A DNA stretch of 37,996 bases from NCBI GenBank assembly GCA_031430615.1, contig JANPBV010000071.1, positions 1 to 37,996 on the forward strand, read 5' to 3'. The translations under genes and the position numbers were made by a program. Positions 19,216 to 28,797 of this stretch are shown here, piece after piece; the stretch's first letter is position 1, and each line of letters begins with the position of its first letter. Origin of the DNA: Ignavibacteria bacterium. Lineage in GTDB: Bacteria > Bacteroidota > Ignavibacteria > Tepidaquicellales > OLB5. The notes under the pieces were generated by a model. The model worked only from the letters and a program-made list of their open reading frames with translations. It did no database searches and was not told the origin of the DNA.

Positions 19216-20490
19216 TTATTTAATATTGTTCTTCCTGAATTTCTGCCACACCGCTTCAGCCACAAATGAAGCAATTAGCAATGCTATCATAGTATAGACA
19301 GCCTCGGGGGCTTTGCGGTAGGTGTAGACTTCAAGTATAAAGAACATAATAACGCAAAGTATTAATGAAATAATCACTATCCATGCTTTTGCTCCTGTCT
19401 GTTTCAGGATTCTCAAATGTCCGGCATTAACTGCTGCATAGACAAGTAAAAATGCTCCTGAACCCATCATTGCAATTCCTGCAAGATCAAAAAATAATAT
19501 AAAGCAAATTACCATAAGCGAAGTTATCAATAGTCCCCCTGTTGCGCCTTTAATTTCATCACGCGCAAATACTGCGGGAAGTCCGCCTTCTTTTGCGACC
19601 ATATAGCTTACATTAGAGCCGCCAAAAAGTGTTGCGTTAATAGCCGATGCAGTTGAAAAAAGCGCGGCTACAGCTATGAGTTTAAAACCAAACATACCAA
19701 GGAAAGGTTTTGCTGCTTCAGCCAGAGCAAAATCACGGGCTGCTGCTATTTGACCTGTGGTAAGATTACCGGTAACAGTTATTGATACGGCAAGATAAAT
19801 TAATATTACTATAAATACCGCAAAGTATAATGCCTTCGGCAGGTTTTTGGCAGGGTTATCCATATTTCCGGCAGCATTGGTAATTAAACCGAATCCTTCA
19901 TATCCAATGAACAGCACACCTGCGCCGAAGAATACATATTCAGTTGAGTTCCAGTGAACGGGTGATAGATTTTCAGGATGGATGAAAAATAATCCCGCGC
20001 CTGCAAAGAGAACAAGTATGGTTACTTTAACAGTTACAATGAATGTTTCAGCTTTGCCAACATCACCTGCGCCAAGCATGTTAAGCATTGTGAAAAGTAT
20101 AACAGCTCCGCATGCAACTGCTTTTGTAACAAGAGGTGAGGAGGTGCCTGCAAAGAAAGTCATCGCGTATGATGCAAAGCCTTGCGCATACAATGCGATA
20201 GCTATAACATATCCAATCCACATGAAGAGGTTAAGTCCGCCTGAAGTAATTCCGCTGCCCCAGCCTTTTACTAAAAACTCAACAGCTCCGCCTGCAGTTG
20301 GGAATTTTGCACCCAGCTTTGCATAGGAATATGTTGAAAACAAAGCGACTACCCCGCCAATTAAGAATGAAAGCCACATTGCCCCGCCTGATGCTTCAGC
20401 GACAACCCCTAATATAGAGAAAACACCTGCGCCTATCATTCCCCCGATACCTATAGAAATTGCCGCTATGAGTGATATTCGATTCTTCAT
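19216..20490 (-). CDS. APC family amino acid permease
   Basis: GGMIGAGVF, FIGYEGF, about 12 hydrophobic helices. Confidence 0.92.
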   Translation of the reverse strand: MKNRISLIAAISIGIGGMIGAGVFSILGVVAEASGGAMWLSFLIGGVVALFSTYSYAKLGAKFPTAGGAVEFLVKGWGSGITSGGLNLFMWIGYVIAIALYAQGFASYAMTFFAGTSSPLVTKAVACGAVILFTMLNMLGAGDVGKAETFIVTVKVTILVLFAGAGLFFIHPENLSPVHWNSTEYVFFGAGVLFIGYEGFGLITNAAGNMDNPAKNLPKALYFAVFIVILIYLAVSITVTGNLTTGQIAAARDFALAEAAKPFLGMFGFKLIAVAALFSTASAINATLFGGSNVSYMVAKEGGLPAVFARDEIKGATGGLLITSLMVICFILFFDLAGIAMMGSGAFLLVYAAVNAGHLRILKQTGAKAWIVIISLILCVIMFFILEVYTYRKAPEAVYTMIALLIASFVAEAVWQKFRKNNIK

Positions 20491-20531
20491 ATAACGAATT
20501 TAATGTAATATTTACAATAATTTAAAGGTAT

Positions 20532-20557
20532 AAAAAGCGGGAGATAATTCCCGCTTT
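20532..20557 (-). terminator. rho-independent terminator of the T9SS cargo cluster
   Basis: minus strand AAAGCGGGA-ATTATC-TCCCGCTTTTT, about 30 nt after the stop. Confidence 0.8.
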
Positions 20558-20588
20558 AAAATTACATAAGCTTAGCAAAGTTTAATTT

Positions 20589-22763
20589 TTATTTGATCAA
20601 AACCATCTTTCGTACCTCAGTGAAATCACCTGCAGTCATCCTGTAAAAATACACTCCGCTTGAAAGATGCGAGGCATTGAAATCGTAGTTATATGTTCCG
20701 GCACCCATAGTTTGATTTATCAATTCAGCAACTTCTCTGCCTGTGATATCAAAAATTTTCAGTGATACCACAGATGTTTTTGGAACTGAGAATCTGATGT
20801 TGGTTACAGGATTGAACGGATTTGGATAATTTTGTGAAAGCAAATATTGTTTGGGAATTTCATGGGTTGTTTGAGTAATCCCTATTGGTGTGCCGCCGTT
20901 TGTTGTTTTAAGAATAGTTCCTGCCTCACCGACAGCAAATCCAGTTGTAGAGTTAATAAATAATATTGAGCTTAATATATTATTCGTACCGGAGTTTTGC
21001 CTTACCCAGTTTAATCCACCATTTGTGGTTTTAAGAACAGAAGCATCGTTGCCAAGGTTTGTGCCGCAGGCGTAACCCGTATTGACATCGGCAAAACTGA
21101 TGCTGTATAGAGCATTCAGCGTAATCTGGGGAAGCTGAACCCAGTTTAATCCGCTGTTTGTTGTTCTGTACATAACGCCGTTTGAGCCTACGGAAACTCC
21201 GGTGTTTGCATTAATGAAGTCCACACCGAACTGTGTATCGAAAAATGCGCCTGAATTAACCTGAACCCAGTTAAGGCCGGCATTTGTGGTGCGGAATATC
21301 CTTCCTGCCTCGCCAACAGCAATACCTTTAGTTGAGTCAAGAAAGTACAGCTTATTTAAAGTCCATGTAACCCCGAAGATACTACTCCAATTCTGACCTG
21401 AGTTGGTAGTTCTTAAAATTACACCGAAGTTACCAACTGTAATACCTGTAGTTTGATTAAAGAAATGTAAATCATTTAAATTATTTGAGTTTGCAGTATG
21501 CTGAGTTACCCAGTTAATGCCGCCGTTGCTAGTCTTCAGAACAATGCGCTGCAGCGGGCTTGATTTACCACCCACGAGCCAGCCTGTCTGGCTGTTAACA
21601 AAAAAACCTGATTTAAGGTCGAGGGTTGTTCCGGTATTATATGTAGCCCATGTGTTACCTGCATTTGTAGTTTTAGAAAACAACCCGGAATTTCCTACAG
21701 CGAATAATGAGTCGCCATCAGAAGAATTAAAATGGTCATCATCATAATCATAAGTTGGAAACATAAGACTAAAACTCAATCTTATGGCAGTTTCGTCTGT
21801 CCATGTAACACCAGCATCAGTTGATGTAAGCTTTATTCCTTTCTCACCCCAGACAAAGATAAAATCAGGGGTAACGGGGGTATTGCTGGTTAAGTAAAGA
21901 TCAAACTGGGAAGGATGAGAATAAATTTCTGCCCAGTTGCTGCCTCCGTCTGTTGTTCTGAAAATCTTCCCGTTAGCACCTGTAGCAAGGGCGGTATTTG
22001 CATCAAGCATTCTTACATCATATAGGTCCTGGTTGGACCCTATTACCTGTAGATACCAGTTTACTCCTCCGTTTGTGGTTTTAAGCACTTTTCCATATGC
22101 TCCTACAATCATACCTGTATTGGCATTTGCGAATGAGAACCCGAAAAGATCTGCTCCTCCCGAAGGGTTAGTGACTTCTCCCCAAAAGTAACCTCCGTTG
22201 AAAGAATAAAAAATCTTCCCGTTTGTTCCAATTGCAAATACACCAATACCTACGGGCATATAAATAATCCGTTTAAAGTCAGTGTAGCCCGGACTGTTTA
22301 GGGTTTCGCTGAATGTTTCCCCTGAATTTGAAGAGGTAATAATTTTACCGTTATCTCCGCCGATTACAACATTATTGTTTTTTTTATCAATGCAGTTCAG
22401 GTTTGTATATCCCGGCGCATAGCTCACCCATATACCGCCCCCGTTTGTGGTAAGCCTTGCCCCGTCTTCACCTACTACAACAACCTTAAGTGAATTTTCA
22501 ATTACTATAATTTCATTTAATTCTTTCTCACCCACCGGCGTCATGGGAGTATATGTATTTCCGTTATCTGTTGACTTGAGCAGTGTACCATGCTCACCGC
22601 AAAGATAATCAGTTCCGTCCGGAGCAATTGAATGGCTGTAAATTCCGTTTCCCTGCGGTATTGGATTATACCACGTCCACCCTGAGCCTGAAGTTGATAC
22701 CTGCGCAAAACTGATTGAAACTAAAGAAATAGCTAATAAAGTGATGTATAATATATTTTTCAT
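20589..22763 (-). CDS. YCF48/BNR (Asp-box) beta-propeller protein with T9SS type A CTD
   Basis: signal peptide; many G..G.I.(K/R)TTNGG.NW repeats; QNYPNPFNP...KMVLIK. Confidence 0.9.
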   Translation of the reverse strand: MKNILYITLLAISLVSISFAQVSTSGSGWTWYNPIPQGNGIYSHSIAPDGTDYLCGEHGTLLKSTDNGNTYTPMTPVGEKELNEIIVIENSLKVVVVGEDGARLTTNGGGIWVSYAPGYTNLNCIDKKNNNVVIGGDNGKIITSSNSGETFSETLNSPGYTDFKRIIYMPVGIGVFAIGTNGKIFYSFNGGYFWGEVTNPSGGADLFGFSFANANTGMIVGAYGKVLKTTNGGVNWYLQVIGSNQDLYDVRMLDANTALATGANGKIFRTTDGGSNWAEIYSHPSQFDLYLTSNTPVTPDFIFVWGEKGIKLTSTDAGVTWTDETAIRLSFSLMFPTYDYDDDHFNSSDGDSLFAVGNSGLFSKTTNAGNTWATYNTGTTLDLKSGFFVNSQTGWLVGGKSSPLQRIVLKTSNGGINWVTQHTANSNNLNDLHFFNQTTGITVGNFGVILRTTNSGQNWSSIFGVTWTLNKLYFLDSTKGIAVGEAGRIFRTTNAGLNWVQVNSGAFFDTQFGVDFINANTGVSVGSNGVMYRTTNSGLNWVQLPQITLNALYSISFADVNTGYACGTNLGNDASVLKTTNGGLNWVRQNSGTNNILSSILFINSTTGFAVGEAGTILKTTNGGTPIGITQTTHEIPKQYLLSQNYPNPFNPVTNIRFSVPKTSVVSLKIFDITGREVAELINQTMGAGTYNYDFNASHLSSGVYFYRMTAGDFTEVRKMVLIK

Positions 22764-22821
22764 TTTTAAATACTCCTGGATAAATTATTTTATTTATATC
22801 CCCCGATTGACCGGGATTTCA

Positions 22822-22846
22822 GATTAAGTAACAAGGTTACTTAATC
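22822..22846 (-). other. 11-bp hairpin covering the stop codon
   Basis: GATTAAGTAAC-AAG-GTTACTTAATC; stop at 22837-22839. Confidence 0.7.
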
Positions 22847-24909
22847 AACAACATTTTTTTGGTTTCAGTAAAGTCTCCTGCTGTAAGCTTATAGAAATAT
22901 ACACCGCTTGAAAGATGCGATGCATCGAAATCATATTTGTAAATACCTGCATTCATCGTTTGATTTATAAGCTGTTCAACTTCCCTTCCGATTATATCGT
23001 AAACCTTAAGCGTTATCAATCCTGATTTTGGAATTGAGAATTTAATGTTTGTTACGGGGTTAAACGGGTTAGGATAATTCTGTGAGAGGCTGTATTTACC
23101 CGGAATTTGATTTGAAACAGGCGATATACCTATGGTATTTTCATCAACTTCAAAACGAATGCTCCACCTGTTGAGCATTCCGCTTTGACCGCCTGTATTT
23201 TTAATTCTGAGTATCCACTCGCCCTCTGCCTGATGCCCGCTGAATAACGAGAGCGGATGGTACGGCCTGAAAGATCCTGTAAAAGGCGCGCTTCCGCCGG
23301 TAATGGGTGAATCTGCTGAATCACTGAGCTCAGTCGATATAAAATTATCACCTGAGCCGCCCTGGTGATAAATGAGAGTATCAATAACGCCGTTGTGCTG
23401 AAGGTAAATCTCAAGGTCGCCATCCTGCGGAAAGATAATTGAATCAAGTGTGACGGTTACTTTTATAATGCCGGTTGCATCACCGTAATTTCCCCATGTG
23501 TGAAAAGCCCTCATGGTATCTATTACATCCATAAAAGGTGCAATAGCTTTCCTGTTAGTGCTTGTAGAAGTACCTGCAAAAGAATTAAACTTAACAGTCA
23601 GCATATCGGAAGAGTGCCCGGTAGTATCGCTTGAGCCGGTAACAACAATACCCTGGTAAGATATATCCATAGCGCTTGTAAAATCACTGAAGGTGCTGTT
23701 ATACTGCTGAAGATTTGCAAATCCTTCGTGATCAATTGAAACCAGCATAAAATTGTTACCCTGTCCAAATGCAGAATCGAATCCGGTCGCTGAAATATAA
23801 GCATGTCCCGAATTGCTGACTTTCATATCAGTCGGGATATTCTGTGAAGTAAAATTGCCCGTTCTGGAAGCGTAGGTGGTTTTCCATAAAAGCTGGCTCG
23901 ATGAATCAATACCGAGCACAAGCCCCATAAACTGGCTCATATTCGATTCATTACTGTATGCTGATACATAAATGAGATCGCCAATAGATTCAACATCACA
24001 CCCAATTGCAGTTCCGCCTGTAACAGGGCAGTCATACCTTGAAACCCATCTCTGGTCGCCATTTTTTTTATAGCAAATTGTGGTAATTCCAACACCGGTA
24101 CCTGTATTCTGGCACTTTCCTGTTATGTAAAGATCTTCTGTATAGATATTATGTCCAATCGATTCAGCTACATCTTCCTCGTTTGCTGTGCCGCCGTGTG
24201 TTCTTACCCAACCCAGGCTCCCTGATGCATTTATCATCAGGGTAATGTAATCTGTATAATTATTGCCGGTGTACCCTGTAACAAAAACTTCGCCTGTGGC
24301 TTTATTTACATACATATCCTTCGGCATTTGGATTTGGGGACTTTCATATTGTTTTCTCCACACCTCATTACCAAGCCCGGTATATTTTATCACTATGATA
24401 TCAAAATCTCCTGCAGGCGCTGTAGTAATTCCCATAACGTAAACGTTCCTGTTATTGTCGGTCATTATTTTCAAGCCCTGATCTGTAGCGTATCCTGTCC
24501 CAGTAAATTCTTTCATCCATCTTGTGCCGCCGGATTCAGTGATGCTCATTGTAAACATATCAATGCTGCTTGGGTTGCCGTTATTTACCGAACCGGTTAT
24601 GTACAAGTAACCCCAGGAATCAGCTGTGATGGAATTAGCATTATCGGAGCCGCTATCCGGTGCATTGAATCTATAAGCCCATTCCTGCGCTCCTGTTTTA
24701 AGGTCATACTTGATTATTGCCAGATCTGTATTTGTGCCCTGCCCCCAAGATGAGCCGGCAGCATATACTTTGTTGTTCAGGATCTTAACAGCTGCTGCGT
24801 AATCAAGGTTATGCGCCTGTCCGTCATACCTTTTAACCCAGCTTATCTGTGCAAACAAGGAGTTTGCCGCGAACATTAAAGTGATTAATGATAAAATTAA
24901 TGATTTCAT
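22837..24909 (-). CDS. SBBP-like beta-propeller + proprotein convertase P-domain + T9SS type A CTD
   Basis: signal peptide; D..G..Y(I/V)TG and IKY...G...W repeats; DLEIYL...GEWILRI...LNRWSI P-domain; QNYPNPFNP. Confidence 0.85.
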   Translation of the reverse strand: MKSLILSLITLMFAANSLFAQISWVKRYDGQAHNLDYAAAVKILNNKVYAAGSSWGQGTNTDLAIIKYDLKTGAQEWAYRFNAPDSGSDNANSITADSWGYLYITGSVNNGNPSSIDMFTMSITESGGTRWMKEFTGTGYATDQGLKIMTDNNRNVYVMGITTAPAGDFDIIVIKYTGLGNEVWRKQYESPQIQMPKDMYVNKATGEVFVTGYTGNNYTDYITLMINASGSLGWVRTHGGTANEEDVAESIGHNIYTEDLYITGKCQNTGTGVGITTICYKKNGDQRWVSRYDCPVTGGTAIGCDVESIGDLIYVSAYSNESNMSQFMGLVLGIDSSSQLLWKTTYASRTGNFTSQNIPTDMKVSNSGHAYISATGFDSAFGQGNNFMLVSIDHEGFANLQQYNSTFSDFTSAMDISYQGIVVTGSSDTTGHSSDMLTVKFNSFAGTSTSTNRKAIAPFMDVIDTMRAFHTWGNYGDATGIIKVTVTLDSIIFPQDGDLEIYLQHNGVIDTLIYHQGGSGDNFISTELSDSADSPITGGSAPFTGSFRPYHPLSLFSGHQAEGEWILRIKNTGGQSGMLNRWSIRFEVDENTIGISPVSNQIPGKYSLSQNYPNPFNPVTNIKFSIPKSGLITLKVYDIIGREVEQLINQTMNAGIYKYDFDASHLSSGVYFYKLTAGDFTETKKMLLIK

Positions 24910-24927
24910 TATTTGATTCTCCTTTTT

Positions 24928-25042
24928 AAAATTTCAGGACAGCCTTCTGAGGTCATCGGGGCAATTCCGATGCAGCTAAAAATTTCTGCTGCGGTGACCT
25001 TTAATGCTGTCCTGTATAAAATTTTCAATTACGGAATTGCCC
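24928..25042 (-). promoter_or_regulatory. candidate structured 5' UTR (multi-way junction with alternative pairing)
   Basis: CAGGACAGC/GCTGTCCTG, AGGTCA/TGACCT, GCAGC/GCTGC, CATCGG/CCGATG stems, plus GGGCAATTCCG/CGGAATTGCCC. Confidence 0.6.
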
Positions 25043-25058
25043 TTTCCTTAAATCTGCT

Positions 25059-25091
25059 CAAACATACATTTTAATTAGAGGGTTTTGCAAA
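25059..25091 (-). promoter_or_regulatory. Bacteroidota-type primary sigma promoter
   Basis: TTTG (25091-25088)-N21-TATGTTTG (25066-25059). Confidence 0.6.
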
Positions 25092-25179
25092 GAAAAAATT
25101 GTATATTTGCACCTTAGAATAGCTACATTATTGTTGATTTAGGTATATCTTTAACATAAATAGCCGTAAATTGCATCTT

Positions 25180-26616
25180 ATGATAAGCCATAATTTAATA
25201 GTAATTTTAAGTGGATTTAGTAAGAGTGAATTTTTAAAGTTCGATGATTTTGTTAATTCATCGTATTTCAATAAAGAGCAGCAGGTTAAACTGCTTTGGA
25301 GCAATCTTAAAGGATTCTCTCCTGATTATAGTAACATAAAAAAAGAGGATATTTTCAGAAAGATGTATCCGGGAGAAAATTGTGTTGAAAGCAGGATAAG
25401 AAATCTTTGCTCAGACTTAAAGATGCTTGCCGAGAAATTCCTGATGGTTGAGGCTTTAATGAATGACAAAAGCGGAAGTGAAATTTATTTGCTTGAATCA
25501 TTTATTGCAAATAGGCATTACGATCTGTTTAACAGTAGATATGAAAAAGCTTATTTACGGAATACAGATATTACCCTGCAGGATGAATGGAGAATAGAAA
25601 ACAGCCTAAAACTAAACAACCTGAAGTATGCATATCTTAATGCGGGAAACGGAGAAGCTGAGGAAAATGAAGAGGTTTTTAAAAAGATAAACCAGGAATC
25701 GGTTAAGTTTTTTCTTTCAGTATACTTTAAGAACTGCCACAGGATACTGAATAAACGAAGAGCTTTTTTTAAATACGGCTACATGCCTAAGTATTTTAAG
25801 GAAGCATGCGAAATTTTAGAAAGTAATATTGAAGAGCTAAAAGACGAAACATACCTGCTGCTTCAGTATTATGCAGTAATGCTTTATATGTACTATGACG
25901 TGAAAAATTTCCATGTTTTATATGACTTTATCTTTGAGATTAATTTTGACAAGCTGGGAAAGGGAGATGTTACAGATATAATTATAGCTTTAGTAAATTA
26001 CTGCCGAACCGAATCATTAAGCGGGGATAAACAATACGAGTATAAAGCATTAGAGTTATATAAATTAATGAGCAATAATAATATTTGGGACAGTGAAAAC
26101 CTCCTCAGACCCTCGGTTTACAGGGCAACTGTAAGCGTTGCATGCAATTGCTGTGATTTTGAGTGGGCTGAATACTTTATCAATAAGTTCAAAAATTTTC
26201 AGCCGAAAGAACATATTGAAAGTAACAGCAACCTTTGTTACGGCAGACTTTACTTTGAAAAAAAGGAGTTTAGTAAAGCCCTGGATGCGCTTGCAAAGGC
26301 AGAGGCACTGGATTCAACCTACAAATATGAGGCAGATACACTTACAATAAGAATATTTTATGAAACATCTGAAACAGAAGCGTATATATCTAAAGTAAAT
26401 TCATTTAAGAAATGGGTAACCAATAACAAAACTGTAATTTCGGAAAGATACAGAAATATATTTAAGAAAATGTCGGGCTATTTTTCTCTGCTTATCAAGC
26501 TGAAGCTTGAGCCTGATGAATTTGCCGCGCAAAAAATGAAATCTGAAATTGAAGAAAACAAAACACTAGTTAACCGCGGGTGGTTTCTTGAGAAAATAAA
26601 TGAGCTTTTAATGTAA
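25180..26616 (+). CDS. uncharacterised ~480-aa all-helical (TPR-like) protein, putative regulator; paralog of 218-1657
   Basis: ATG 25180 aligns with the paralog start; TPR-like LYFEKKEFSKALDAL; C-terminal GWFLEKINEL. Confidence 0.8.
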   Translation: MISHNLIVILSGFSKSEFLKFDDFVNSSYFNKEQQVKLLWSNLKGFSPDYSNIKKEDIFRKMYPGENCVESRIRNLCSDLKMLAEKFLMVEALMNDKSGSEIYLLESFIANRHYDLFNSRYEKAYLRNTDITLQDEWRIENSLKLNNLKYAYLNAGNGEAEENEEVFKKINQESVKFFLSVYFKNCHRILNKRRAFFKYGYMPKYFKEACEILESNIEELKDETYLLLQYYAVMLYMYYDVKNFHVLYDFIFEINFDKLGKGDVTDIIIALVNYCRTESLSGDKQYEYKALELYKLMSNNNIWDSENLLRPSVYRATVSVACNCCDFEWAEYFINKFKNFQPKEHIESNSNLCYGRLYFEKKEFSKALDALAKAEALDSTYKYEADTLTIRIFYETSETEAYISKVNSFKKWVTNNKTVISERYRNIFKKMSGYFSLLIKLKLEPDEFAAQKMKSEIEENKTLVNRGWFLEKINELLM

Positions 26617-26661
26617 AAGCGCTGGATATCAAATGACCATGCAAAAGATATTTCTTTATTC

Positions 26662-28545
26662 TTATTTAAACAACCAGTAATTGTTGGTTGTATCAGCATC
26701 GGGTATATACTGGTTCCCAAGCTCAATAGATAACGGTTTTTTATCAATTTCCATTTCTATCCATATCGTTTCATCATCCTCATTTTTCCATGCTGAAGCA
26801 GTGCGGTAAGCCCGTTTAACACTTCCATCTTTAAATTTAACCGTTACTGCAACGGGTATGGGAAGCTCACCTTCCTTTGATATGGCGATTTTCAGCAAGT
26901 CATCTTTAATAGATACGGTATCAATACCAATATCGGGGTAACCTTGCTCAAAGAACCATGGCCGGTAGAACCAGTTAAGGTCATCATCAGTGGCATCATC
27001 AAATGTAAAGAAGAAATCATATGGTGTGGGATGTTTACCGTTCCACCTTTTCATGTATTCCTGTAAAGCTTTCTTGAATGAAGCATCGCCCATAAAATCC
27101 TTCATGATATTATACGCATTTGCCGGGCGGAAGTAAGCATGATTGCCGTACATTTCGCCTTTTATCATGTAGCTTGGATACATCATAGGAAATTCATCAA
27201 ACTGACCAGAGTAATCAAGATAGCGTTTTACATTCCTTGCGCGGAAATCTATAGTTTTATCAATTTCATACTGCACATATTCAGAGAGCATTTGTGTCAA
27301 GCCTTCATCCATCCATGCATATTTACGCTCGTTAATTCCCATATAAAAAGGGAAGTATGAATGCGCAACTTCCTGAACTACCGTGTGAACTGTCCAGATA
27401 CGCTGTTCTCCAGAACCCATGTTAACCATCATTGGGGATTCCATTCCGCCCTTTCCGTCAAATACAGTGATCTTTGGGAACGGGAACGGTATCCCCGGGA
27501 GATCTTTTGACATCATTTCTACAGTCTTAGCCGCAATGTCAGACACTTCATAAAATGTTATTGATGTGGGATCATAAGCAGAACTAACAAATACTATTTT
27601 ACCGCCTGAATCAGCTAAGCGGGCATCCCACAAATAGTTTGCGGAAGTTGCGAAAGTGAAATCAGGTACGCCCTTTGCAATAAAATGCCAGGTGTTGGAA
27701 TCATTTGAGATGTTAAATAGCGGCGTGTCTGTAAGGTAATCATCTGCGGTAATAACATTTACAGTTTTAAAAGAAACGGAAGCTTCCTTATATCTTGAAA
27801 GAATTTGAGGGGAAAACAATTCGTCAGGATTTTTTAGCTCGCCTGTTGCCCAGATACAATAATTATTGGGTACTGAAATTTTTATATCATAGTTATTGAA
27901 ATCATTATAAAACTCCGCATTGCCTGTGTATTCATTCAGGTCCCAACCATCGATATCATCATATACTGCAACCTGTGGATACCAGTATGCAATGAAGAAA
28001 ACGGTAGAGTCATACTGACCCATCCTCACACCTTCTTCTTTTGGTACTTTAAACTCCCAGCTTATATTAATAGATACCTGTTTGCCCGGACTGATGTTCT
28101 GGTTCTTTATTATCAGGTTTGTTCCTGTATTTTCAAGGTTAGTATCGGTTTTAACATCAAAGTTTTTTTTACCTATTTGCAGAGATTGAAGTATTATTCC
28201 GTCATTATCTGAAGCATTTTTTAAGGGGTAATCTCTCATAGCATCGCGCTTGTTGATATTCTGGTACATTCTAAAAACAAGTCTATCAAGGGTATCGGGG
28301 CTTGAATTGAAATATATAATATTTGCTGAGCCTGAGATAATTCCTTTAAAGGGATCTAGCTTAACGGAAATTATATAGTCTGTGTGATTTTGCCAGTAAT
28401 CTGCCCCGGGTTTTCCGTCAAGTGAACGGGTACCGTTTTCGTATGCTTCCTGGAATTCCAACGGAACAGAGATTGATTGCGCGTAGACTCCCGCAGAAAT
28501 AAGGAATAGTAAAACAAGTATCAGATTTCTGTTTATCATCGCCAT
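26662..28545 (-). CDS. secreted M1 family metallopeptidase homolog with variant QEXXH motif
   Basis: signal peptide from ATG 28545/28539; GGMESP, QEVAH-X18-E (AWMDEG), KHPTPYDFF. Confidence 0.88.
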   Translation of the reverse strand: MAMINRNLILVLLFLISAGVYAQSISVPLEFQEAYENGTRSLDGKPGADYWQNHTDYIISVKLDPFKGIISGSANIIYFNSSPDTLDRLVFRMYQNINKRDAMRDYPLKNASDNDGIILQSLQIGKKNFDVKTDTNLENTGTNLIIKNQNISPGKQVSINISWEFKVPKEEGVRMGQYDSTVFFIAYWYPQVAVYDDIDGWDLNEYTGNAEFYNDFNNYDIKISVPNNYCIWATGELKNPDELFSPQILSRYKEASVSFKTVNVITADDYLTDTPLFNISNDSNTWHFIAKGVPDFTFATSANYLWDARLADSGGKIVFVSSAYDPTSITFYEVSDIAAKTVEMMSKDLPGIPFPFPKITVFDGKGGMESPMMVNMGSGEQRIWTVHTVVQEVAHSYFPFYMGINERKYAWMDEGLTQMLSEYVQYEIDKTIDFRARNVKRYLDYSGQFDEFPMMYPSYMIKGEMYGNHAYFRPANAYNIMKDFMGDASFKKALQEYMKRWNGKHPTPYDFFFTFDDATDDDLNWFYRPWFFEQGYPDIGIDTVSIKDDLLKIAISKEGELPIPVAVTVKFKDGSVKRAYRTASAWKNEDDETIWIEMEIDKKPLSIELGNQYIPDADTTNNYWLFK

Positions 28546-28675
28546 AAGATATTTAATATCATAATTATATAAAAGGTTCTTTTTAAGGTGTGGAAAATTG
28601 ATTGTATCGCCTAGCAAGGGTGGTTTAACCTTTGTTGATGATTTGAGCAATAAAGTATGATGATTATAGTTGATT

Positions 28676-28730
28676 AGCCCCGCTCTTTAGAGCGGGGGTT
28701 AAGGAATGAAAAAATTGGGGCTTTAGCCCC
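28676..28730. repeat. two-hairpin GC-rich palindromic element
   Basis: AGCCCCGCTCT-TT-AGAGCGGGGTT and GGGGCT-TT-AGCCCC. Confidence 0.6.
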
Positions 28731-28797
28731 CGATAAATAGTAATAATATTCCAACTTTCCCTGTTTTCAAAAGTTCTTGGGGAATTAATATGATTCC

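Noticed and set aside
24928-25042. Known riboswitch or tRNA
   Set aside because: No TPP, SAM-I, cobalamin, FMN or c-di-GMP consensus and no T-loop GTTCRA could be placed by eye; an Rfam search is still needed
28546-28650. N-terminal extension of the M1 peptidase (likewise thyX 19077-19133 and SnoaL 6153-6179)
   Set aside because: These rely on upstream TTG starts; downstream ATGs give proper signal peptides or family-like starts
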